A stretch of DNA of 63,624 nt, counting the filler, from Reticulomyxa filosa (lineage: Eukaryota > Protista > Foraminifera), in the NCBI GenBank assembly GCA_000512085.1. It is 26 parts of 26 records of this genome, joined end to end, with 100 filler letters (N's around TTAATTAATTAA, not from the genome) between each part and the next. Parts side by side here need not be neighbours in the genome. Positions count along the whole stretch, not along the records: positions 51,617 to 52,733 come from ASPP01021331.1; positions 52,834 to 54,203 come from ASPP01020634.1; positions 54,304 to 55,469 come from ASPP01018528.1; positions 55,570 to 57,038 come from ASPP01018239.1; positions 57,139 to 58,479 come from ASPP01024941.1; positions 58,580 to 59,616 come from ASPP01004962.1; positions 59,717 to 63,624 come from ASPP01022224.1; 19 more parts are not named here. The stretch is one strand, 5' to 3'. The notes beneath the pieces were generated by a model. It was not told where the DNA came from, did no database searches, and worked only from the letters and a program-made list of their open reading frames with translations. The first letter of the stretch is position 1. Each line of letters begins with the position of its first letter. Both the position numbers and the translations under genes were made by a program. Below are positions 52,613-63,624 of this stretch, in pieces.

Positions 52613-55569
52613 TCAAAAATGAAAATGATTTTACTTGTCTATTTTTGTTTTATTTTGTTCTTTACATGTTTTATTGTTATTATTATCTTTTAATCTCAAA
52701 ACAATCTTTTCATTACCATTTTTTTTTTTTTTTNNNNNNNNNNNNNNNNNNNNNNNNNNNNNNNNNNNNNNNNNNNNTTAATTAATTAANNNNNNNNNNN
52801 NNNNNNNNNNNNNNNNNNNNNNNNNNNNNNNNNTTTTGTGTTGACGTCCATATCATTGCTCGACGTCATTTTGGATTTATTAATTGTAAATGGAATAAAC
52901 ATTTAGTTTTGGACGTTATCAAGACCTTGAACTTTGTACGGCGACAAATATCTAGAATAATAACGGTTTCTTTTGATTAGAACATTGAATAATGACATAA
53001 CATTCAAAATCTTTTTGTTCTAATAAATAATCTCGCACTGCAACAAATCGCTTAAATTAATTTACCATTTGGATGCTTCAAGTACCTTCTTTTTTTCAGC
53101 CACAAATATCTTACTATAAATACTGCCTTGCAACTTTTCTATTATCTTTATTTTCATTTTTATTTTCTTTTTGTCTGCTTGTTCATCTCTGGTGTCGTTG
53201 AACTGCTGAACAAGGTGAACAATTTGCTGCTTAACATCTACAACAAAATGAATAAATATTGTTTTATAATTCCTGAAAATGTGTGTTAATATTTTCTTGG
53301 ATGTCCTTGTTGTGTTAATCACTCTTTTACTTATTTTTTTGCATAATCTATCTTTGCTCATGTGCTAATCGCAATAATGAACGAGAAATGCTGCTTAAAA
53401 ATAATCAAACAAAAATTTTCAAAATATTTTTTTTCCGAAATATTATAACCATTTTATAGAATAAAAAAGAACAAGTAGTTTTAATAAAAATTGCAAATGC
53501 AAAAGCAAACAATCAATAATATTCAATTATTTATAAAAACAAAAATTCTGTCGAAAAAGGGTTTAAATTTTTCAAACAATTAGCACAAAAAAATCAAAAT
53601 TATATTTAAAAACTATACAATTCGTATATATTTTTAAATTAAAAAAATTGGATCAGTACGTTGTTTTTTCATGAAAAGATGTCGTTTTAGGTTTCAACTT
53701 TCTTTTGCACTATACTGTAAAATACGTCACCTTTTGAATTGACATTCAAATTAATAGTATAATGCTCACTTCAGATTCATTGTGGATAAAATAATCAAAT
53801 TAGGATTGAAACGTTTTTTATTTTGATGTTCAAATAATTGGTTTTGAATCAAATTTATCAAGCCACAAAAAATAGCATTCAATGGAACATTTTGTTGATG
53901 AATTAATTGAATAATTGAATGAAATAAATTTGGTTGTTTTAATTCAGGACATCAAGTTTGTATTTAACAGTGAAGATGTCAATAAAATGTCTTACTCGGC
54001 GAAAAGGATTACTGAAAAAAACTCGCTTTTCTACTATAATTTTTTCTTTCTAGAAAAATCTGCTCCAAAAAAAAATCGAAATAAGATTATTTTTAAAAAA
54101 GAAATAAATTTATTTTGTTTCCATTTATGTAAAATGAAATTGAATGTTAGAATATTCACTATTTGCATAGTGGTTCCTTTTACACTGCCCAAAAAAAAAA
54201 GGGNNNNNNNNNNNNNNNNNNNNNNNNNNNNNNNNNNNNNNNNNNNNTTAATTAATTAANNNNNNNNNNNNNNNNNNNNNNNNNNNNNNNNNNNNNNNNN
54301 NNNTGTATTTGCATTTGTATTTGGTTTATTTATATATGTATATATATATGTATATATATATTTTTTTTGTTTGCATATTATTCGTCTCCCCCTCACCATC
54401 CTCTTATCTTCTACTTTCAACCAATTTTAACATTGGCAAATAATACACATGTACATGTGATAGTGAAAATCCAAAATAATATACACACAAAAATACAAAC
54501 CGACAAGTTCAATAAAACGTTGCAATGTAAACTTCAGAGTTCGTTCAGCTCTGCCCAGACGATGTCAAAATTGGCTTCCACCGATTGTAGCAATCATGAA
54601 AACTGAACATTTGGCACAATCCTGTCTTATTATTTTGCGTTGCTATTTTTAATAATTGCCTTACTTAAAAAAAAAAATAAAAATAAAAAAAAGAGGGGAT
54701 GTGTGTAACACAAAATTTTAATTGATTTTTTTTTTTAGACTATCCCTTTTCTTGCTCATCCTCTTCCCCCTTTCCGTTTTGCTTTTTATCAGCCAACTAA
54801 ACTTGGAAAAAATTGTGAATTACTTTCATTTCCTTTAATTCTATTTGTTATTGCTCGTACACCAGAAATCGCTGCTATAACTGGGCTTTACCTTTTTTTT
54901 TAACCATCCAACAACATGCATGTTGGTCTTCAATGCAAAAAAAGGTTTTTTTGTGGTCTCGCGAAACTTGATTGGGATGGAACGTTTGTAATGGTACGTG
55001 ACTGCCCACGCTTGCAGGCTGAGTTATCAAAGCCCTCCCTTGACTTGGTGGTGGTGGCTGTTGTTGTGATTGCGATCGCGACTGCAATTGTGAAGGTGAT
55101 TGTTGCGGTTGTGGCTGAGTCTCCACTGCATTATCTAATGCTCATTCTTTCGCACACTTGCACAAATCTTTTCAGATAGACAAGTTTTTTTGCGGTCTTA
55201 AAGGAATTGTGACGTTATGTCACAAAGTTTCGTTTGTTTGTTTCGAATTCCAAACATTGGAATTTTTCGATTGCATATCAAACCCAATTTATTTCATTTC
55301 TTTAAAGAAATGACTTACTTGCATAAAAACTGGGGAATTAATCAAAAAAATGGTTTCGAACTGAAAATATGAACAGTGTAGGAAGGCTCCAACAATCAGA
55401 TAAACATTCCATCTTTTCTCCTCTACTCCTTTGTCACACTAGTTTTTCTAAAAAAAAATAAGCATTTCGNNNNNNNNNNNNNNNNNNNNNNNNNNNNNNN
55501 NNNNNNNNNNNNNTTAATTAATTAANNNNNNNNNNNNNNNNNNNNNNNNNNNNNNNNNNNNNNNNNNNN

Positions 55570-56325
55570 TCACCTCGCTGAGCGTGGCAACGCCGCTGGC
55601 GTCATCGTCGGCGCCCGGCGCGCGGCTGTTTTCGGTGGTGTTGCCGATGGTGGAGTCCAGGTGCGCGCCCAGTACCACCACCTCGCTGGCCTTGCTGCGC
55701 CCCGGTACGGTCAGCATGACCGATTTTTGCGGGTAGCCGGTATGGCTGACCTGCTCTACCTTGATGTCGCTGCGGCGGCTGGCCAGCTGTTGCCAGTGGC
55801 GGTACAGCCAGTTGGCCGCATTGACGCCGTGGCTGGTGGTGTAAAAAGCGGTTCTGGTAGGCCGCCAGGCTGCCGATGGTGGTGAGCAGGTTGCTTTCCT
55901 GCAGTTGCGGCAACAGCGGGTTGACCAGCTTTTGCTGGCGCAGCGTGTAGTCGGGGGCGGCCGTCGCGGCCAGCAGGCTGCTGCGCGCGCTGGCGGCCAC
56001 GCTCTGGCGCGCGTGGTTCAGGCTGGTGTGCACCATATAGCCGCCACAATGGCGTTTCTGGTGATGGATGGCTTCGCTCAGCGCCGGCAGCAGGCTGTCG
56101 TCTACCTGCACCAGGTGCACGGTTTCCTGGCTGGGGGCCAGGCTGCGCTGGCTGGCCGGGCGGCCGCTGTCGTTGCGCAGGGTGTGCTGTTCGCGGCTGG
56201 CGCTGGCCGGTGACAGTTGTTGCAGCAGGCGGTAGCCATCGTCACCGATGGACAGCCACACCGGGCGCGGCATGGCAGAAAGGGCTGGCCAGCAGGGTAG
56301 CCAGTAGCAGGGGGCGGAGTGTCAT
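55570..56325 (-). CDS. Bacterial secreted leucine aminopeptidase, peptidase M28 (3' partial; two homopolymer frameshifts)
   Basis: RBS AAGGAA, signal peptide MTLRPLLLATLLASPFCHA, pro-region HCGGYMVH, GAHLDS and APGADDDASG. Confidence 0.92.
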
Positions 56326-56347
56326 GGCGTATTCCTTTTCCGGGCGC

Positions 56348-56379
56348 AAAAAAACCGGTCCGCACAGGGCGGCACCGGT
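56348..56379 (-). terminator. Rho-independent terminator between the two protease genes
   Basis: Minus strand accggt-g-ccgc-cctgt-gcgg-accggt followed by a T-run. Confidence 0.75.
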
Positions 56380-56392
56380 GCGGGCTACGGGC

Positions 56393-57038
<646 letters not shown>

Positions 57039-57228
57039 NNNNNNNNNNNNNNNNNNNNNNNNNNNNNNNNNNNNNNNNNNNNTTAATTAATTAANNNNNN
57101 NNNNNNNNNNNNNNNNNNNNNNNNNNNNNNNNNNNNNNAATAATAATAATAATAATAATAATAACAATAATAACGACGGAAAAGAAGAAAAAAAAAAGAA
57201 GCAAAATATTACGATAAATACGCTCACA

Positions 57229-58406
57229 ATGAACGGTGGTAGTGTGTACAACATCAATCAAAAAGACATTGAGAAATGGAAACGCAAATTTGGCGAAATT
57301 TGCAAAGAGATATGTACTAACGACGAAAAGATGTGGGACAAATGGATCAAGCGACTGGAACACGAACAGCAATTGCCATTGATCGCATTACATGTGCCGA
57401 CTGCTCATCCACAGTTACACTGCTCCAGCTACGACGCCATCTTGTCTCAATTGATCGAGTTTTCGCCAAAACATTTTGCCGAGTGCGTCAAACTGTGGCC
57501 GCATCACATCTACTCGGTCGTTACCGTCATCCCCAAAGCCTTGCCGCGCCTTGAACAAAAAAAGAAAAATGTACATTTGTTGCTGGCCTTGGCTGAATTG
57601 TTTTGTCTTTTCTTTTCTTTTTTTTTTCATGCTCAACAACAACAACAACAACAAACTCCTTAATTTATTTCTTTGTCTTTGATTTTATATTTTTAGGTAT
57701 CGAATAAATCAACAGCTTGACAAATCAGTCGAGTTTTACTTGCAATGGGGAAGTGAGTTTTTAGAAGATTACCCCTTGCATTTCGATGTATGCGAACTGC
57801 TGTTGAGCCAAGAGCGGGAATTGAATCGGAGCGAAAAAGCATGGCTTTTGGCCAGGAAACAAAAGACGCAACTGAAATTGGAATATGACAACAAAAAACA
57901 GCGAAGTAAAAAATATGGCCACCGCGTGCACCCCTCGCCACTACCTTCGAAACGAGAAGGCGGAGAAGAAAAAGAAGATGGCGATCTGGGCGCAACGACG
58001 TCTTTGAAATCGACAGTGGTGGAATTGGATTTGCACGGAGAAAAAGAGTACTGGAGCAAGTTCAATGCGCTGTCATCGATCCAAATGGAAGTGTTTAGCA
58101 TGATCGACATTTGTCAGTTGTTCGACACCGTTCGACGCTTCTTGCTGTACGTCATCGAGTTCGACTGCATGCAAACTGTCGACTTGCTTATCGCCAATCA
58201 GTCCGACTTTGACATCAACTTTGTGGTGGAGCTCGTCCAATCCAAGATCGCCGAGCTCTCCAAAGGAACACATTCTCACTCACTCGTCGTCATCCATCCG
58301 GCCGCCACTCCCATCACTCCCACTACCCCTGGTACTCATCATAATACCTATCATCATCCCAAAGTCACCCCACAGCAAAAAATCGCTTACTTTAAATTTT
58401 TCCTGG
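57229..58406 (+). CDS. VPS41: Vacuolar protein sorting 41 (HOPS subunit), internal fragment
   Basis: WDKWIKRLEHEQQLPLIALHVPTAHPQL...YDAIL...VKLWPHHIYS...LLLALAEL matches the Vps41 helical region. Confidence 0.75.
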
Positions 58407-58441
58407 TATGTGTACGTATACGTAGGTACTGTTTTTCAAAT

Positions 58442-58479
<38 letters not shown>

Positions 58480-58597
58480 NNNNNNNNNNNNNNNNNNNNN
58501 NNNNNNNNNNNNNNNNNNNNNNNTTAATTAATTAANNNNNNNNNNNNNNNNNNNNNNNNNNNNNNNNNNNNNNNNNNNNTCTCTCTCTCTACAAAAG

Positions 58598-59616
58598 GAA
58601 ATAATAGAAGTCAAGCATTTGATCTACCACTTGGATGTCGCCGCAATGTATCCAAACATCATTTTGACCAATCGCTTGCAGCCTGTCGCCGTGGTGAATG
58701 ATGAAATCTGTGCCGCTTGTGACTTCAATCGACCGGATATTCAGTGCAAGGTGAACAAACAAATAAATAAAATTTAAAATAAAAAAAAAATGCGTTTAAT
58801 GAATGAACAAATAAATAAAATGTTGTTTTTTTTTTTTTTTTTTTATACGTAGAGACGTTTGAAATGGCAATGGCGTGGCAAGTACTTTCCCTTGGACAAA
58901 TCAGAGTACAAACTCCTGCGTGCTCAAATCGAATAATGAGCCCGTGGACGCGAAGAAGTTGGCATTTGTGAATATCGTGTCCCAGTTCAAAAAAGACAAG
59001 GACAAACAGGACGTACGCACATTCGCAGAGTTAACGAAAGAGCAGCAATTCTCACTAATCCGCAGTCGAGTCAAAAACTACTGTCAGAAGGCGTACAAAT
59101 ACCAAACCGTCGAAAAAGGGTTGGACAAAGAGTCGGTCATTTGCCAGCGTGAAAATGCGTTTTACGTAGACAAGGTGCTGATGTTCCGAGACCGAAGATA
59201 CACTTTCAAGAACTTAGTTAAAGATTGGAAAAAGAAAAAGACGAAAGTGCAAGTTTAATTTTACAATTTTTTTTTTTAAATTATATACACATATACATAC
59301 ATGTGTATATGCACATACTTTTTAAAAAAAAAAAAAAGCAATAATGGAAAAGACTGAATGCGAAAAAAAAATTGTCATTATATGATTCCATGCAATTGGC
59401 ACACAAGTGTATTTTTAAACTCGTTCTACGGCTATGTCATGCGCAAAGGAGCAAGGTCAATATCTCATATGCACGTATACATTACTTTTTTTTTTTGAGA
59501 ATATTTTATGAAAAATTGCAAATACACTTTGTTCAGATGGCATTCGATGGCAATGGCAGGCATCACCACTCACATCGATGGTAATCTAATCATTGACGCA
59601 CATCGGCTATGCGAGC
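58598..59616 (+). CDS. POLE: DNA polymerase epsilon catalytic subunit, internal fragment with two frameshifts
   Basis: [44 protein letters not shown]...[17 protein letters not shown] and [14 protein letters not shown]. Confidence 0.93.
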
Positions 59617-61119
59617 NNNNNNNNNNNNNNNNNNNNNNNNNNNNNNNNNNNNNNNNNNNNTTAATTAATTAANNNNNNNNNNNNNNNNNNNNNNNNNNNN
59701 NNNNNNNNNNNNNNNNTTTTTTTTTTAAGGGATGCAGACGTATACTAGACGATTTGGAGCGTGAAAGAACATTGAGATATTACGAGAGATGTTTTGGAGG
59801 AAGACTTGTCAACAAATTGTACTTACCCATGAAAGTGTTTAAAGAGTCTTTTGCAAAATGAATGTGTATGTGTGAGATTGAGAAAAGAGTGCCCGATATT
59901 TGAATTGCTTTGCATTCGATAAAAAAGTATTTTTCTCTTTTCAAAAAAAAAAAAAATTGTAAATTGTGGTAAAAAAAAAGATGTATCAATTTATTGTATG
60001 ACCTTGTGTGCAATGTGTTGATTCTTGTTTTTGAATTCCGTTTTAAATTAAAAAATAATTTTCACTACAAAAATATTTTTTCAAAACCATCCTTTGGTTT
60101 TCCGATCAATAAAAAAAGTTTTTTTTATAATAATATCCAAGTCGATCAGTTGCCAACTAATTTCATTAGTAAACTATTCGACGACAATATTGATTCCACA
60201 GAAATAGAGTGAGAAACATCTTTTGTTTGTAATTTTCCCAGAGATTCAATTGAAACTGTTCTTTTTATTTATTTTTATGTATGCATACGTAGTGTATTTT
60301 TTTTGGAGCAATACTTTTTTTTTTTTTGAAGTTTTTAAAATAAGAGCATTTGTGTAATTGACTGTTAAGCACTTTAACAGCAGTTTGAAGATAAGGGATT
60401 TCTTTACCAACCTTAGCTGTCAATAGGATCTACAGTCTTTCTAGCTTGGATTGTACAAGGCAAGTTTTGTCTCCATATCCTCCATATTTGTTTCTGTGGA
60501 GGCTCTTCGGTGGTGTCAAGACCAGCGGTGGTGTTGTTGACGCGTGCTTTCCATTGCTGGAGTTCCAATTCCAATTCCTTGAGCTGATTGTTCATTTCTT
60601 GGGTATGCACCTATGCATTTTTGAGTTCTTGCGTAAAATTTTTGCCATCAAATGAGAAAAGTAACTAAAAACAAAATGACGACAACTAATATTATGTGTC
60701 ATTAACTTTTAATTTATGAGCGAATCTTTAATTTTGTCAAAATTTTTAAAATGAAGGAATATTAACATTTTTATTATAGACACAATACGGAAAACTGCTT
60801 TTTCCTCAAAATAATTGCAATATAAATTCCTTTTTTGATTTATTCTACAAAAAAAATAGTTGAAAACAACAAATGAAAAGGTTGCGACGTTAGTCGTGCA
60901 AAAATGTAACGTGACCACTGAATTAAATACCTCTTACAAAAATTAAATTCAAATCGGAGTATTGTTTCGTTTGACAAACTAGTTAATTTGAAGTATTATA
61001 AACAAAACAAGTGGAAAAAAAAGACATCAATATTGAGTGAATATAAAGAAAATAAATTAGAATGCACAACCAAAACACTCCATTACAATTGGTTTTTTCA
61101 CATGATTGAAAACCCAACA

Positions 61120-63600
61120 TCAAAGATACCTTTGAGCGTCTGCTCTAACACTGCTTCTACGAGGAGCACCCGTTTGGGGTCCTTGAATAGAAGGTCCTCT
61201 ACCACGGGTGGGCGGTGGAGGGTCTGATGGTGGGGGTGGTTGAAAAGAATTTGAAAATGCTGGAGGCGGTGGTTGAGTTGATTGCACACCAGCTCCTGCG
61301 TAGGAAACTCTTTTTGGAACATCAGCACCTCTTGGGCTATCTGGATGATGAGGGAAATCGAATGAACGCGTTCTGCATGACATTACAAATCAACCAAAGA
61401 GAAAAGTTGTTATGTGTATTTATTGTACTGGTTTTTGAATAATTATACTTTGTAGAAAGTCCTCAACTTTGTATTTCAGGCAGTTGGACAGAAACTGATT
61501 CTTCAATGTATTCTTCATGTCCTTTACGAGACTTTTGAGCCATTAGTTTAGCTTGTAGAGCCTTTTTAATATTAAAATAGTAAAAGGATAAGATCAACAG
61601 ATAAGCGATAATATCTAAGACATGATTAAGGAAACGCCATTGGCGAACGTAAAGGCCCACAATTCCGCTTTGATTTTTGGTTTGTCCATTTATCCAATCA
61701 AAGGATTTATCTCTGTGGCCCAATACTAATAAACTCTAATGTGTATGTGAATATAATATATATATATATATATATATGTATACATAACACATAAATTGAA
61801 TCAAATTTACAAAAGTAACAATAACAAACACCCAAAAAGAGATGTTCTCCAGTAACTTCCAGAATCCATGCGCAACAGATATAAACTAAGACAATAAACA
61901 GTCTGCATCGGATACTTTTTTGTCTGGAATTTAATTTGGCTCTTTTACAATGATAAAAACAACTAATGGGTCTCCACACAAGCCAAGCCGCTCCCAAAAT
62001 GCCGGCCAACCCCAATAAGAGAAGATTGGCAATGGACACGAAGTGCTTGTATTGTTTAGGAGTTGAACGGAAAACTACCAATATTAACGTATACACAAAT
62101 ACGGCGAGTGATAGCCAATTCAACCATCTTCGTTCCCAAATGCTTGCGCTTTCTGTTATATACGTAAGTAACATATATAAGTATACGTAGAAGTACGAAG
62201 CGAAAGCACAAAGAAAGGAGAAAAGCATGCAAGCAAAACCAAAGGACCCAACTTCTGCCTCGAGAAACTCGTAGCCATGAGTTAATCAATGTCGCCAACA
62301 AATTGAAATGTAAACAAGCCAGGACAACGTCCCAGACGAAAACCTGCCCCCATTGGTGAACATACCAAACATAACAAGCTTGATAGATGCATGTGATCGG
62401 CAATATCCAATACACCAACATCGACGCTCGCACCTCGCAAAAGCCAAGTTTCAAAATGCGCACAGCAATTAGTATGGAAAGGATTCCTGCAATCAGCAGA
62501 ATCACGATCAAGACGACTGCATATTCGAGGTGGGACAGCCAATCGGAGTAATCCGAATTGTGTTCCGGAGTAATTGGCGCTTTTCATTATTTTAATTAGT
62601 GTGATGCACTTTTCATATTTTATTTTATTTTTTATTTTCTTATATTCTATCTTTCTCCCTTTCAAAAAAAAAAAAAATAGAGTTAAGAGATAGCATTAAT
62701 AACGATGTATGTAAAAGTTGAGTCCTCCAAAGTAGGTCAAATGTTGACAACGACAATATAGCAAATTTTTGTTAGTTTTGATGCTATCCACAATACATCC
62801 AGGGGAACTCCAGGATTCGCTTATATTGTCCGCATTCATTTGATAGGAGCTACAGAATTGTTCAAAGGTATCCGACGTTTGTGAAGGCGCGGCTGTGCTA
62901 TTACTGCCACTTTGAGTAGCGTTTGTTGTCGGTGCAGTGGTGGTCGTCGTCAAAGCTCTGTCGGACTCTTGCTTATAACCAAAGCCTTGGCTCGTGCACG
63001 ACACCAGGGACGAGCGTATTGGAGTCGCCCAGCTGAGCTCTTCCGGTCCAAAATCATCTGTGGTAGCATCCATGTCGAGAGCGATGAATAACAACGGGGT
63101 GTTCATTTGTGCTGTATGTATGTATGCGTGCATGTGTGCATGTGTGCTATATGCAATATTGCGTGCGTAGCGAAATGTGAATATAAGTGCCACATGCAAA
63201 AAAAAAAAAAAAAAAAAAAAAAAGATTATGAATAGCACACCATATTTTGCACTTTAACAAGGACATACACAAACAACAGCGACAACAACAAAAAGCAGGG
63301 AATTTGAGAGTGTGGCCATACCATACCACAAAAGTCATTTGGTTTGAACAATGGCGGGATAACCGAGCCGGTCAACAGTTCGGCAAAATCTCCGTCGATT
63401 TCAATCACAAACAAGTCGACCGAATTGTATTGCGCGCCATATTGGGCAAATGCACTACGTCCACCTGCGATAATTGCCTCGGGGACATTAACAAAAAAGT
63501 TTTCATTTGTGACTTGGATATCTTTTTCATTTGATTTATTTATTGGTTTATTTGTTTCGTGTGTATCCAAGATAGTAATTCGATTGCACTTATAGAACAT
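61120..63600 (-). CDS. GPS(GAIN)-motif plus multi-transmembrane protein, adhesion-GPCR-like (5' partial, multi-exon)
   Basis: C...WSSPGC...YCRCQHLTYFG GPS motif (about 62725-62860), followed by about 7 hydrophobic segments (ORFs 62056, 61707, 61463) and a probable Pro-rich tail exon (61120-61383). Confidence 0.75.
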
Positions 63601-63624
63601 TTTATTTTTTTATTTTTTTATTTT

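Noticed and set aside
52834-55469. Short ORFs 53062-53361 and 54875-55126 as named genes
   Set aside because: Possibly coding fragments, but no recognisable motif and broken frames; not supportable.

Overview
This is not a continuous locus. It is 26 short contigs (about 1-8 kb) joined by an artificial 100-bp spacer (N44-TTAATTAATTAA-N44). Twenty-five contigs are AT-rich, intron-containing eukaryotic DNA. Their gene families (kelch-like/WD40, RING/TRAF-like, CUE+PUB, orphan 7TM proteins) resemble those of the foraminiferan Reticulomyxa filosa; this is inferred from family resemblance, not from a search. One contig (55570-57038) is GC-rich bacterial DNA carrying an M4 elastase-like and an M28 aminopeptidase gene. 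Recognisable genes, mostly partial: USP deubiquitinase, CAMK and AGC kinases, SLC12 cotransporter, tryptophan 2,3-dioxygenase, C2H2 zinc-finger protein, URB2-like, cNMP+RGS protein, synapsin-like, C5orf34-like, MFAP1, neurobeachin-like, SURF6, VPS41, DNA polymerase epsilon and a GPS-7TM adhesion-GPCR-like protein. Many frameshifts fall in homopolymer runs and are probably sequencing errors. The most striking unexplained element is a non-coding array at 11296-11719: eight 51-61 bp units, each with two conserved motifs (GCCGGAGACTT and TACCTCTCAAC) enclosing a unique, often self-complementary insert. Other unexplained structure: a 92-bp tandem long-hairpin repeat (7061-7255), perfect palindromes inside introns, poly-A tracts at 3' splice sites, a G-to-C skew reversal along genes, and a 41-bp inverted-repeat pair.
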